A stretch of DNA of 42,026 nucleotides from Balneolales bacterium (GTDB lineage Bacteria > Bacteroidota > Rhodothermia > Balneolales > DATFMH01): positions 1 through 42,026 of the forward strand of contig DATFNI010000181.1 of assembly GCA_035266485.1 (NCBI GenBank). Direction: 5' to 3'. Positions 1 to 8,753 of this stretch are shown piece by piece. The translations under genes and the position numbers were made by a program. Numbering within the stretch: the first letter of the stretch is position 1; each line of letters begins with the position of its first letter. The notes beneath the pieces were generated by a model, which saw only the letters and a list, made by a program, of their open reading frames with translations, did no database searches and had not been told where the DNA came from.

Positions 1-392
1 AGTCGGAAATCACAAAGATTACGGATAAGGGCCTCTTCGTAAAGATTGACTACGGAATCGAGGGATTCCTGTCGACCCGCGAAGCCGAGTTCGAAGGGGA
101 GTTCAGCGATGCTTTCAAGGAAGGCGAGAAAGTGAAAGTTAATGTCGTTGAGATCGACGAGTCTAATCACAATGTGAAACTAAGCCAAAAGAACAAACCG
201 GAGCCACCGAAGAAGAAAAAGAGTGAACCCCGCGGTTCTTCCCGCTCAACCACAACCGGTGCTTTGACCTTGGGTGAAATGTCTGGTCTTGAAGACCTCA
301 AGAGCAAGTTGCTCGAAAAAGAAGCCCAGGAGGTAACGGCAGAATCTGAAGAGTCTGATGAGGAAGAGGAAGGAGAAGAAGAGAAAGAATAA
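1..392 (+). CDS. rpsA: 30S ribosomal protein S1, C-terminal fragment (5' end lies outside the window)
   Basis: Frame 3 is open from the window edge. The translation SEITKITDKGLFVKIDYGIEGFLSTREAEF...KVKVNVVEIDESNHNVKLSQK reads as an S1 OB-fold repeat followed by a Lys- and Glu-rich tail. Stop codon at 390-392. Confidence 0.75.
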   Translation, partial: SEITKITDKGLFVKIDYGIEGFLSTREAEFEGEFSDAFKEGEKVKVNVVEIDESNHNVKLSQKNKPEPPKKKKSEPRGSSRSTTTGALTLGEMSGLEDLKSKLLEKEAQEVTAESEESDEEEEGEEEKE

Positions 393-435
393 TTTCTAAT
401 TCTTTGCCGGATTCAGATGTTATTGGCAAATTAAG

Positions 436-470
436 AAGGAGATACTCTTGTGAGTGTCTCCTTTTATTTT
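436..470 (+). terminator. Intrinsic terminator after rpsA
   Basis: Hairpin GGAGATACTC (438-447) / GAGTGTCTCC (452-461), containing one G-U pair and a 4-nt loop, followed by TTTTATTTT. Confidence 0.6.
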
Positions 471-487
471 ATTAAAATGGGTTAGAT

Positions 488-1528
488 ATGCAAAACATTC
501 AGGAAGCCACCACCTTTGATCAAACCTACAAACTCCTAAAGGAGAAGGTCGGCAGAATTGTGCCGGATGTTGAAATAAGGCTGAAAGCAGAACTTGCGTA
601 TGAGATCAACAAATTAAAGCGTGAAAAGAATGCCATCATCCTCGGGCATAACTATATGGAACCCGCTCTCTATCACAGTATCCCGGACTATGTCGGCGAT
701 TCATTGGGGCTCAGCCGGATTGCGGCGGAGACGACGGCAGACCGGATTATTTTTTGCGGTGTTCGGTTTATGGCGGAGACGGCAAAGATATTGAACCCTG
801 ATCGCATGGTGCTGTTGCCCGCTGAGTTCGCCGGATGTTCTCTCGCAGAAAGCATCACAGCTGAACAGGTCAGAGAATTGAAAGCCCGCTATCCAGGTAT
901 TCCTGTGGTCACATATATCAATACATATGCTGATGTCAAAGCAGAGACCGATGTTTGTTGTACCTCAAGCAATGCGGTAAAGATTGTTAAGAGTCTTGGT
1001 ACGAACAGCGTGATTTGTCTGCCGGACGAATTTTTGGCCAAAAATATAGCCAGGGAAACGGGTATGCAAGTCATTACAGCGAATGGATCGTTTGTTGAAG
1101 AGCAACCATCGATGATGGTCTGGGATGGTCACTGTGAGGTACATGAGCAATTCACAGTAGATGACGTGAAGCGCGTAAGGGCTCAGTTCCCTGGTGTTGA
1201 AGTCCTTGCGCATCCGGAGTGCACGCCAGAGGTTGTGGAGGCTTCCGATTTCAGCGGTTCAACAACGGCAATGGTCAAACATGTCGGTGATTCAGCTTCT
1301 CAACGATTTCTGCTTTTGACCGAGTGCAGTATGAGTGATAACATTGCCGCCGAGAATCCTGATAAGGAGTTTGTTGGCCTGTGCAGCGTTCGCTGTCCCC
1401 ATATGAACCAGATTACTCTGGAAGATACCCTTGCATCACTTCGTAATGACCAGTATCAAATCGAAATAGATGAAAAGGTGCGGGTACAGGCAAAAAAATC
1501 ACTCGATAGAATGTTGGAGTTGAGTTGA
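488..1528 (+). CDS. nadA: Quinolinate synthase
   Basis: 346 aa. Motifs typical of NadA are present: ILGHNYMEP, DYVGDSL, FCGVRFMAETAKILNP, HPEC, LLTEC. Confidence 0.9.
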   Translation: MQNIQEATTFDQTYKLLKEKVGRIVPDVEIRLKAELAYEINKLKREKNAIILGHNYMEPALYHSIPDYVGDSLGLSRIAAETTADRIIFCGVRFMAETAKILNPDRMVLLPAEFAGCSLAESITAEQVRELKARYPGIPVVTYINTYADVKAETDVCCTSSNAVKIVKSLGTNSVICLPDEFLAKNIARETGMQVITANGSFVEEQPSMMVWDGHCEVHEQFTVDDVKRVRAQFPGVEVLAHPECTPEVVEASDFSGSTTAMVKHVGDSASQRFLLLTECSMSDNIAAENPDKEFVGLCSVRCPHMNQITLEDTLASLRNDQYQIEIDEKVRVQAKKSLDRMLELS

Positions 1529-1592
1529 AGGGAATGTCAATCGTTGTATTATAATAACGCCTGATGATAGAGAGATTTATTTTTTGAAGATT

Positions 1593-1631
1593 ATAAAAAA
1601 GGCTGATTTCTCATAAATGATAATCAGCCTT
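1593..1631 (-). terminator. Intrinsic terminator for the minus-strand moxR / 85-aa gene unit
   Basis: Perfect 10-bp stem AAGGCTGATT (1599-1608) / AATCAGCCTT (1622-1631). On the minus strand it is followed by TTTTTT (1598-1593). Confidence 0.65.
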
Positions 1632-1659
1632 CAAAGTTTCAAAACGTTAAATACGTTCA

Positions 1660-1917
1660 TCAAGCATCTTTATAGAAAAAGACTTTGCCGTTTACGGCAT
1701 CCTTACCGCTTTTAATTTTTTGTCCCGTTTCTCTGTTGTATGTATAAACAACATTTCTCATAGAATTTAACTCTTTTTCATTCGTATATGAGACTTCAAT
1801 GGCTTCTCCCCCAGGATTCAGTTTGTCCAATGCCTCTAATAACGGACGAAATTTAGATGAGCTCTTCTTTGAAATGCGAATATCACTTCTCGGAACAAAC
1901 TTAATTTTCATGTTCAT
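1660..1917 (-). CDS. Hypothetical small basic protein (85 aa)
   Basis: Clean ORF with no competing frame. It lies 86 nt downstream of moxR on the same strand and is followed by a terminator. I recognise no family. Confidence 0.5.
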   Translation of the reverse strand: MNMKIKFVPRSDIRISKKSSSKFRPLLEALDKLNPGGEAIEVSYTNEKELNSMRNVVYTYNRETGQKIKSGKDAVNGKVFFYKDA

Positions 1918-2003
1918 AACAAATCTTTTATAGAATTAGAAATATCCGAAATATATACTTTCTTGTATTTTCAAAGTAATTGTATGTTAAAAATTACAAA
2001 ATT

Positions 2004-3005
2004 TTAAGGAACTTGTATAGTTTTTATTATTTTTTCGACTAAGTCTTCGGCAGAAATATCTTCTGCTTCAGCTTCATAAGTTGGTATAATACGGTGTCGA
2101 AGAATATCCATTGCTACTGTTCGTACATCTTCAGGGGTTACGTATGCTCTATGTTCCATGAATGCCTGAGCCCTGGCGGCTAAATTCATGTTAATAGATG
2201 CCCGTGGTGATGCACCGAATGCAATCAAATTTTCTAAATCATCTAGTTGATATGTAGATGGCTTTCGTGTGGCGAAAATCAAGTCAATAATATATCGCTC
2301 CACCTTTTCATCCATATATATATCATTAATAACCTTGCGAGCATCCAGAACTTTTTGTGGTTTAATCACAGGTTTTAAAGCCACTTTTTTACCTGTTTTG
2401 GCCATGCGCCGCATTATCTCAAGCTCTTCCTGCTCGTTTGGATAATCAATTTTGATTTTAAGCATAAATCGGTCAACCTGAGCTTCGGGCAGGGGATAAG
2501 TCCCTTCCTGTTCCACGGGATTCTGTGTGGCAAGAACCAGGAACGGTTCGTCTAAGATATAAGTTGTATCGCCAATTGTTACCTGCCGTTCCTGCATAGC
2601 TTCGAGCAGTGCACTTTGAACTTTTGCAGGAGAACGGTTGATCTCATCCGCCAGAATTATATTTGAAAAGATCGGACCCTTTTTTACCGTAAATTCCCCC
2701 TCTTTTTGATTGTAAATAAGAGTACCCAAAAGGTCGGCGGGAAGGAGGTCGGGCGTGAACTGAATACGCTGGAATTGCGTTTGAATGACTTGTGCCAGCG
2801 ATGAGACGGTTAAAGTTTTAGCAAGTCCGGGAACACCTTCAAGCAATACGTGACCGTCTGCCAATAGGCCTATCAGCAATCGGTCTATCATATACTGTTG
2901 ACCGACGATGACTTTCTCAAGTTCACGATAAATATCATCAACAAAGGCACTGGCTTCTTCTATACGCTCACCCAACGCCTGCATATCTACGGCGTAATTA
3001 TTCAT
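2004..3005 (-). CDS. moxR: MoxR-family AAA+ ATPase
   Basis: 333 aa. Walker A LEGVPGLAKT, Walker B ILADEINR, and the VLATQNP / RF segments are typical of the MoxR/RavA family. Confidence 0.9.
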   Translation of the reverse strand: MNNYAVDMQALGERIEEASAFVDDIYRELEKVIVGQQYMIDRLLIGLLADGHVLLEGVPGLAKTLTVSSLAQVIQTQFQRIQFTPDLLPADLLGTLIYNQKEGEFTVKKGPIFSNIILADEINRSPAKVQSALLEAMQERQVTIGDTTYILDEPFLVLATQNPVEQEGTYPLPEAQVDRFMLKIKIDYPNEQEELEIMRRMAKTGKKVALKPVIKPQKVLDARKVINDIYMDEKVERYIIDLIFATRKPSTYQLDDLENLIAFGASPRASINMNLAARAQAFMEHRAYVTPEDVRTVAMDILRHRIIPTYEAEAEDISAEDLVEKIIKTIQVP

Positions 3006-3360
3006 GTTTTTTCTGAAATTAAAATGAAGGTTGACTTATGTTTAGACCTGCTGTTTTTAATAAAATGACAAAAGGAATTATGATAAATGTAAACATCGAA
3101 CGATAGTAAACAGGCAATATTTTTCATATCACTAAAACGATGTTCAATATACATAACTCCTAAAGCTATTGCCGAATCGTGATATAAACAGAATCACAGT
3201 TGATTCCAAACAAAAGTGCCTGGTGTCGTTTTAGAGATAGCGGAGATTATCTGATATACTGCGCAATGTCAAAGTGTTCAGAGTGAAATAAAATGCTTTT
3301 TGCGGTTGAACAGCGATTGATTTTTGGGTACTTTTAAGCCGTCAATAAATAGAAAAAAAG

Positions 3361-3873
3361 ATGGTCACATATCTGTTTATCTTATTTGCCGTTATCGCTA
3401 TTGCTACAGCATTGGCGGTGGTTTTTAACAAAAGCACTGTCAGCAGTGCATTGTTTCTCGTACTGAACCTTTTAACTCTGGCAGGCATATATCTGTTGCT
3501 TCAGGCGCAATTTCTGGCAATAATCCAGGTATTGGTGTATGCCGGGGCTATAATGGTGTTGTTTCTGTTCGTCATTATGCTCCTGAACCTGCAGGATGAA
3601 GAGAAAATCTTCAGCAGGTCACGGGTTCAATTTATCCTGTCTTTTCTGCTCGTGGCTGTGGTGTTTGCACAGATATTGTATTCTGTCGGCAGTGCCACAA
3701 ACATGCTTCCTGCAGTTTCTTCGAGTATGAAAACTGTGGGTACGGTGGAAGCCGTGGGGAATGTACTCTTTACCCAATATCTGATACCTGTCGAAGTGAC
3801 GGCTATACTTTTAACTGCGGCCGTAGTCGGTGCACTATTGATTGCTCAACGTAAAATTCAACTCAAGAAGTAA
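3361..3873 (+). CDS. nuoJ: NADH-quinone oxidoreductase subunit J
   Basis: 170-aa polytopic membrane protein with the NuoJ-like segment [28 protein letters not shown]. Confidence 0.85.
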   Translation: MVTYLFILFAVIAIATALAVVFNKSTVSSALFLVLNLLTLAGIYLLLQAQFLAIIQVLVYAGAIMVLFLFVIMLLNLQDEEKIFSRSRVQFILSFLLVAVVFAQILYSVGSATNMLPAVSSSMKTVGTVEAVGNVLFTQYLIPVEVTAILLTAAVVGALLIAQRKIQLKK

Positions 3874-4172
3874 TGGCTCTTAACTGGTACCTGGCACTTA
3901 GTGCCGTCTTATTCAGCATCGGTGTAATTGGCGTTTTGACGCGCAAGAATGCCGTTGTAATCTTTATGAGTGTCGAACTTATGCTCAATGCCGTTAATCT
4001 TACCCTGGTAGCTTTCAGCAGCCATTTTGGGGATATCAATGGTATCATTCTTGTGTTTTTCTCCCTGTGTGTAGCTGCTTCTGAGGCTGCGGTTGGGCTG
4101 GCAATCATTATCACGATTTTCCGAAATAATCTGACTGTAGATATCAGTAAGATCAATCTGTTGCGCTGGTAA
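3873..4172 (+). CDS. nuoK: NADH-quinone oxidoreductase subunit K
   Basis: 99 aa. The segments [27 protein letters not shown] and [11 protein letters not shown] are typical NuoK. Its start overlaps the nuoJ stop (TAATG). Confidence 0.9.
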   Translation: MALNWYLALSAVLFSIGVIGVLTRKNAVVIFMSVELMLNAVNLTLVAFSSHFGDINGIILVFFSLCVAASEAAVGLAIIITIFRNNLTVDISKINLLRW

Positions 4173-4201
4173 GAGTAAGAAGTCGATTTTTAACTTTTTG
4201 C

Positions 4202-4238
4202 AGGCCACCTTCGGTTAACGATGGTGGCCTTTTTATTT
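4202..4238 (+). terminator. Intrinsic terminator after nuoK
   Basis: AGGCCACCTTCG / CGATGGTGGCCT stem (12 bp, one mismatch) with loop GTTAA, followed by TTTTTATTT. Confidence 0.8.
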
Positions 4239-4374
4239 GGCATAACTGAGGTTAGAAATTCGAAATTGGATATCTTGGATCAGGGTGAAATCGCTAAGTT
4301 GTAAATACTGAAGTTCTATAAAGCCTATTTCAGCTTCATCTTCTAATTCAAAATCCATCATTTAAAATTTAATA

Positions 4375-5604
4375 TTACTGAAGGTGTTCTGCGGCCATCT
4401 TGAACACCTTTTGAAAGGTTTCGTCAACTTCTTTTTCTATATTTTTTTGTTGAGGAAACGGGGTTACGTGAGAATAGTCGAATGGGAAGTCCAATACCTG
4501 CACATTAGCTGGTAAATCTCTGAAATCACCCTTCAGAGTGTTCAATACTTCCCCGGGTGGTATAACCTCGTCTTTGGTCAGCGCCACGGCAGCGATTCGC
4601 GATCCGATCTCTCTGAAGCGATCTTCTCGAATCTTTTTATGGCGGTGACTGCTCAGCATAGACCGAAAATAAATGCCCGACCGGTGGCCCTCATTGAAAT
4701 AGTGGTTTAGCCGTTCGTTTAACTTGCATTCATTATCGAGATGTTCGATGAAAAAGGAATACAGGGCAATATTCGCCTCGCTATCAAGGATGTAGCGCGA
4801 CACAGGATACATACGGTCGAGTGTCGGTCCACCACAAAAGATGAACAACCTGGAATCGGAGAACAGGTTGTCTGTATTGGTCATTAACAGGATTTCAGAG
4901 AGGAATGAACCAATAGAGTAGGCAAAGAAATCGATATCAGCAGTTTTAGATATATGAGGATGGTCACCGGACCTGATACTCCTGACAAGCTGTAAGATGT
5001 CTGAATAGGTCTGTCTGCCCGACCAGAAGAAGCGTTGAGGTATCTTATGTATGCGTGTGCTGATCGCTGCATTTGCAAAGGATGCCTCAGCAATGGCAGG
5101 ATATTTTTTGCGCCTCTCAGACGAAACAAGATTCATTTTCCTGGGATGGCTCCAACCGGCAGGGACCCGGTTCATATGAAAAGCGATGGGAAAGAGAATC
5201 ACTGTTTTATTTGTTAATTCCACCAATCGGTAAGCCCAGCTTAAATACTTTTCCCAATGCTTTTCATTGAGCCCATGAAACAGCAAGATAACGTGCGAAC
5301 TGAGCTGGGTATCTTTAGGAAGGAAAACAGAATATCTAAATGTACGATTACTATCAATGTTACAGTCAGCAGCGTTGAGGTTGTAATCGGGTACATCTGA
5401 AGTCTCCCTAATTATCGGATAAGTTTCCCGGAACGTACGATGATGTCGTTTACATTGGTAAAACTGCGAACCGGGCAAAACATCAGCATAGTGAGATATG
5501 AATGTGTAATTGCGTATCTCAATTGAACTCTCTGGTATGGTGATGCGATCAGCACTCTGATTGAAACAATCCTTCAACCGATTATGTAAGGAGAGGTATG
5601 TCAT
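4375..5604 (-). CDS. Uncharacterised alpha/beta-hydrolase-fold protein
   Basis: 409 aa. The VILLFHGLNE segment resembles an oxyanion region. FAYSIGSF looks like a nucleophile elbow of the (A/G)xSxG type. No closer assignment is possible by eye. Confidence 0.6.
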   Translation of the reverse strand: MTYLSLHNRLKDCFNQSADRITIPESSIEIRNYTFISHYADVLPGSQFYQCKRHHRTFRETYPIIRETSDVPDYNLNAADCNIDSNRTFRYSVFLPKDTQLSSHVILLFHGLNEKHWEKYLSWAYRLVELTNKTVILFPIAFHMNRVPAGWSHPRKMNLVSSERRKKYPAIAEASFANAAISTRIHKIPQRFFWSGRQTYSDILQLVRSIRSGDHPHISKTADIDFFAYSIGSFLSEILLMTNTDNLFSDSRLFIFCGGPTLDRMYPVSRYILDSEANIALYSFFIEHLDNECKLNERLNHYFNEGHRSGIYFRSMLSSHRHKKIREDRFREIGSRIAAVALTKDEVIPPGEVLNTLKGDFRDLPANVQVLDFPFDYSHVTPFPQQKNIEKEVDETFQKVFKMAAEHLQ

Positions 5605-5763
5605 TAGCCATTTATATTATGAAGTATAGCCCCGTAATGACTGGCGGTGAACATTGTTCACAAGATTATTAAAGCGTTTATTCAGATGCTAACCAGTTTT
5701 TGTGGTTTTATTGGCGACGAGAGGCTAAGAATTTGCCAATAAAGAATATAGATGATGGAAATG

Positions 5764-5796
5764 AACCCTCCAGAGATTTTACACTCATGGAGGGTT
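5764..5796 (-). terminator. Candidate terminator hairpin at the end of the ilv-leu operon
   Basis: AACCCTCC (5764-5771) / GGAGGGTT (5789-5796), an 8-bp stem with a 17-nt loop, lies 22 nt past the ilvE stop. The U-tract is weak. Confidence 0.4.
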
Positions 5797-5818
5797 TGAA
5801 TTGAGTAGTTGCTGCCGT

Positions 5819-6937
5819 TTAATCTGTTGTAACATGATGCAGCCAGTCGAAGCGATCTGGTCTTTCGCCGTATTGAATGCCGGTGATTTCATCATATAGT
5901 TTTTTGGCAAACGGACCGATAGTGTCTTCATCTGTAGTCAGAACCTTTTCATTGTGCTGAATTCTGCCAACCGGAGAGATGACAGCGGCCGTACCGGTGC
6001 CGAAGGCTTCTTCCAGTGTCCCGTTTTCGGAGGCTTCAAAGACTTCATCAATAGAGATAGATCGTTCCTCGACTGCGACTCCCCAATCTTGCGCCAGGTG
6101 AATTACGGAATCACGCGTAATGCCGCCAAGGATTGAACCTTCAAGAGGAGGGGTGATCAGGCGACCACCGATTTTGAAGAAGATATTCATTGTACCAACC
6201 TCTTCGACGTATTTGTGCTCTTTGGCATCGAGCCAGAGCACCTGCGTAAAGCCTTCTTCTTTTGCCTTGCGGGCTGGTAATATGGTTGGACCATAGTTGC
6301 CCGTAGCCTTAATATTGCCCGTTCCGCCCTTAACCGAACGCACATATTTATCAGGCGTGATCAGGCTGACGGGATTGATGCCTTCTTTATAGTAGGCACC
6401 TACGGGAGAAGTTATGATGAGGAATCTGTATGTATTGGAAGCTTTAACAGAGAGGTCCTCGTCCGTCGCAAAAACAAATGGACGGATGTAAAGAGCATTT
6501 CCTCTTTTTGTCGGGACCCACTTATGATCCAGCCGAATCAATTCTTCAAGTGCCTCCATGAATGTATCGCCATCAATCTCCGGGATACACATGCGCCGGC
6601 ATGATTTATTGATACGTTCCTGGTGCTGGTCCGGACGGAAGATATTTACCCCGCCATTGCTGTCGTTGAACGCCTTCATACCCTCGAAAAGCGCCTGTCC
6701 ATAGTGCAGGGTGGCTAGAGAGGGCAGAATCTCGATCTTTCCAAAAGGAATGATCTGCGGAGATTGCCATTGCCCGCCCTGGTAGTCCAGTGAAAACATA
6801 TGATCAGAAAAAACCTTGCCAAACCCAGGGTTTTCAAGATCGACCTGATCAACGCGGCTCACGGATACTTTTTTTATAGTCATTGCGGACGTTTCCGTTT
6901 CCCGTATTGCTGTTTGTACCGACGTTCCATTCTTCAT
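5819..6937 (-). CDS. ilvE: Branched-chain amino acid aminotransferase
   Basis: The motifs FGKVFSDHMF, LHYGQALFEG and GTGNIKATGNYG mark a class IV aminotransferase. I chose the ATG at 6937 because AGGAG sits 10 nt upstream, inside the leuB 3' end. The ATG at 6883 (MTIKK) is an alternative. The track start at 6973 overlaps leuB. Confidence 0.9.
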   Translation of the reverse strand: MKNGTSVQTAIRETETSAMTIKKVSVSRVDQVDLENPGFGKVFSDHMFSLDYQGGQWQSPQIIPFGKIEILPSLATLHYGQALFEGMKAFNDSNGGVNIFRPDQHQERINKSCRRMCIPEIDGDTFMEALEELIRLDHKWVPTKRGNALYIRPFVFATDEDLSVKASNTYRFLIITSPVGAYYKEGINPVSLITPDKYVRSVKGGTGNIKATGNYGPTILPARKAKEEGFTQVLWLDAKEHKYVEEVGTMNIFFKIGGRLITPPLEGSILGGITRDSVIHLAQDWGVAVEERSISIDEVFEASENGTLEEAFGTGTAAVISPVGRIQHNEKVLTTDEDTIGPFAKKLYDEITGIQYGERPDRFDWLHHVTTD

Positions 6938-6944
6938 GATTGAG

Positions 6945-8045
6945 TTACTCCTGGAAATTGGTCTGTTTTTCACTGATCAGTTTGGTAATCATGTCACCTA
7001 CTTCAGAGGTGCCTAAAATTTTGGTCTTATTGTCTGATGCAATATCAGCAGTTCGGTAACCCTGGCCGAGAAAGGTTTGTATAGCTTCTTCAATTTCCTG
7101 TGCTGCATCATTAAGATTGAGGGAATACCGGAACAGGAGTGCGACTGAAGCTATTGCTGCAAGAGGATTAGCCTTCCCGGTGCCTGCAATGTCTGGTGCA
7201 GATCCGTGAACCGGCTCGTAAAGTCCCGTACCATCACCCAGGCTGGCGGACGGAAGCATGCCGATAGAACCGGTGAGCATGGCGGCCTCATCGCTGAGGA
7301 TGTCGCCAAACATGTTCTCTGTCACGATGACATCGAATTGTTTGGGGTTACGCACCAGTTGCATAGCACAGTTGTCTACCAGTAAGTGATCGAGTTCGAC
7401 ATCAGGATATCGTTCGGCAACCTTTGTCACCGTTTTTCTCCAGAGGCGTGAAGTATCAAGAATATTGGATTTATCCACTGAGCAAACACGTCTGTTACGG
7501 ATCCGGGCTGCTTCAAAAGCTGCAACGGCAATGCGTTCAATCTCCGAAGTGCGATATTCCATCGTGTCGACAGCATGCTCTTCATTCCCTACCTGTTCAA
7601 TAAGGCGTGGTTTCCCAAAATAGATACCGCCAGTCAGTTCACGAACCACCAATAGATTCACTCCTTCGATGACATCACGTTTGAGCGTAGATGCATCAAC
7701 AAGTGCGTCATAGACCGTGACCGGACGAAGGTTCGTATAGAGTCCGAGTGCATTGCGAATCCCAAGCAGTCCGGCTTCCGGACGTTTGTCCTTAGGTTGA
7801 TTATCCCACTTCGGGCCACCTACAGCACCCAGCAGTACAGCGTCAGAAGCTTTACTGGCCTCGATGAGATCATCATTGATTGGTGCACCATATTCATCGA
7901 TAGCTGCGCCACCAAAGGCGAATTCCTGGAATTCGAACGAGAGATCATATTTCTTACCAGTAGCCTCAAGAACCCGGATAGCCTCACGGGTGACTTCCGG
8001 TCCGATGCCATCCCCCGGAAGAACGGTAATTTTTTTCTTTTGCAT
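6945..8045 (-). CDS. leuB: 3-isopropylmalate dehydrogenase
   Basis: 366 aa with [47 protein letters not shown] and HGSAPDIAG. Confidence 0.95.
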   Translation of the reverse strand: MQKKKITVLPGDGIGPEVTREAIRVLEATGKKYDLSFEFQEFAFGGAAIDEYGAPINDDLIEASKASDAVLLGAVGGPKWDNQPKDKRPEAGLLGIRNALGLYTNLRPVTVYDALVDASTLKRDVIEGVNLLVVRELTGGIYFGKPRLIEQVGNEEHAVDTMEYRTSEIERIAVAAFEAARIRNRRVCSVDKSNILDTSRLWRKTVTKVAERYPDVELDHLLVDNCAMQLVRNPKQFDVIVTENMFGDILSDEAAMLTGSIGMLPSASLGDGTGLYEPVHGSAPDIAGTGKANPLAAIASVALLFRYSLNLNDAAQEIEEAIQTFLGQGYRTADIASDNKTKILGTSEVGDMITKLISEKQTNFQE

Positions 8046-8048
8046 GCC

Positions 8049-8633
8049 TCAGCTCACCATTTTTTCTTTCTCAGGGACCATTCCCATCTTGCGGGCATAT
8101 TCGAAAATACCGCCTGCTGCAACGATGTCTTCCACGCTGCCCAGGGGTTTTAGTTTATATTCCTTGTTTTGGGTAACATTCCGGAGCACCCGTTCTTTCT
8201 TGTCAATTTCGAGTTCATCGTTGGTGTGGACATCAGCACTCAAATCATCGACACTTTCAAAGGGAATGACAAAGCCGCCATCGACGGCATTCCGGTAAAA
8301 GATCCGTGCATATGTCGGTGCAATGATGGCTTCGATTCCGGCGATTTGCAGTGCAGCGGGAGCATGTTCACGCGATGAACCGCAACCAAAGTTGGGACCG
8401 CCGACGATGATTTTGAATTCTGATTCAAATGCATCGTCAGGTACCAGCGGAATACCTCCCTCGGGGAGTCCGGATTCCTTCGTTGGAACGCCTGAGAGGG
8501 CATAACGTCCATAGAATTTTCGTTCCTCCGGATCCTTTAAACTGTAAACCAGATGCTGTGCCGGGATAATTTGATCGGTGTCGATGTTTTTTCCTAAGAC
8601 AAAAGCCTTGCCTTTCAGGATATTCTGTGACAT
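8049..8633 (-). CDS. leuD: 3-isopropylmalate dehydratase small subunit
   Basis: 194 aa with NIDTDQIIPA and GPNFGCGSSREHA. Confidence 0.9.
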   Translation of the reverse strand: MSQNILKGKAFVLGKNIDTDQIIPAQHLVYSLKDPEERKFYGRYALSGVPTKESGLPEGGIPLVPDDAFESEFKIIVGGPNFGCGSSREHAPAALQIAGIEAIIAPTYARIFYRNAVDGGFVIPFESVDDLSADVHTNDELEIDKKERVLRNVTQNKEYKLKPLGSVEDIVAAGGIFEYARKMGMVPEKEKMVS

Positions 8634-8686
8634 TCGTTGACTCTTACTATTTGTTTTTTTGTTGATATTCTCCTCGCCATATTAAC

Positions 8687-8748
8687 CCTCGTTCCCAGGC
8701 TCTGCCTGGGAACGTAAGGCGTGGAAGCTCTGCTTCCCGGAAACGAGG
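8687..8748. repeat. REP-like compound palindrome in the leuC-leuD spacer
   Basis: Outer stem CCTCGTT / AACGAGG encloses two hairpins: GTTCCCAGGC-TCT-GCCTGGGAAC (8691-8713) and GGAAGC-TCT-GCTTCC (8723-8737). Confidence 0.6.
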
Positions 8749-8753
8749 AATAA

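Noticed and set aside
3863-4208. Two minus-strand ORFs of about 97-99 aa opposite nuoK.
   Set aside because: They are antisense to a clear NuoK coding frame and run into the nuoK terminator. They have no family features.
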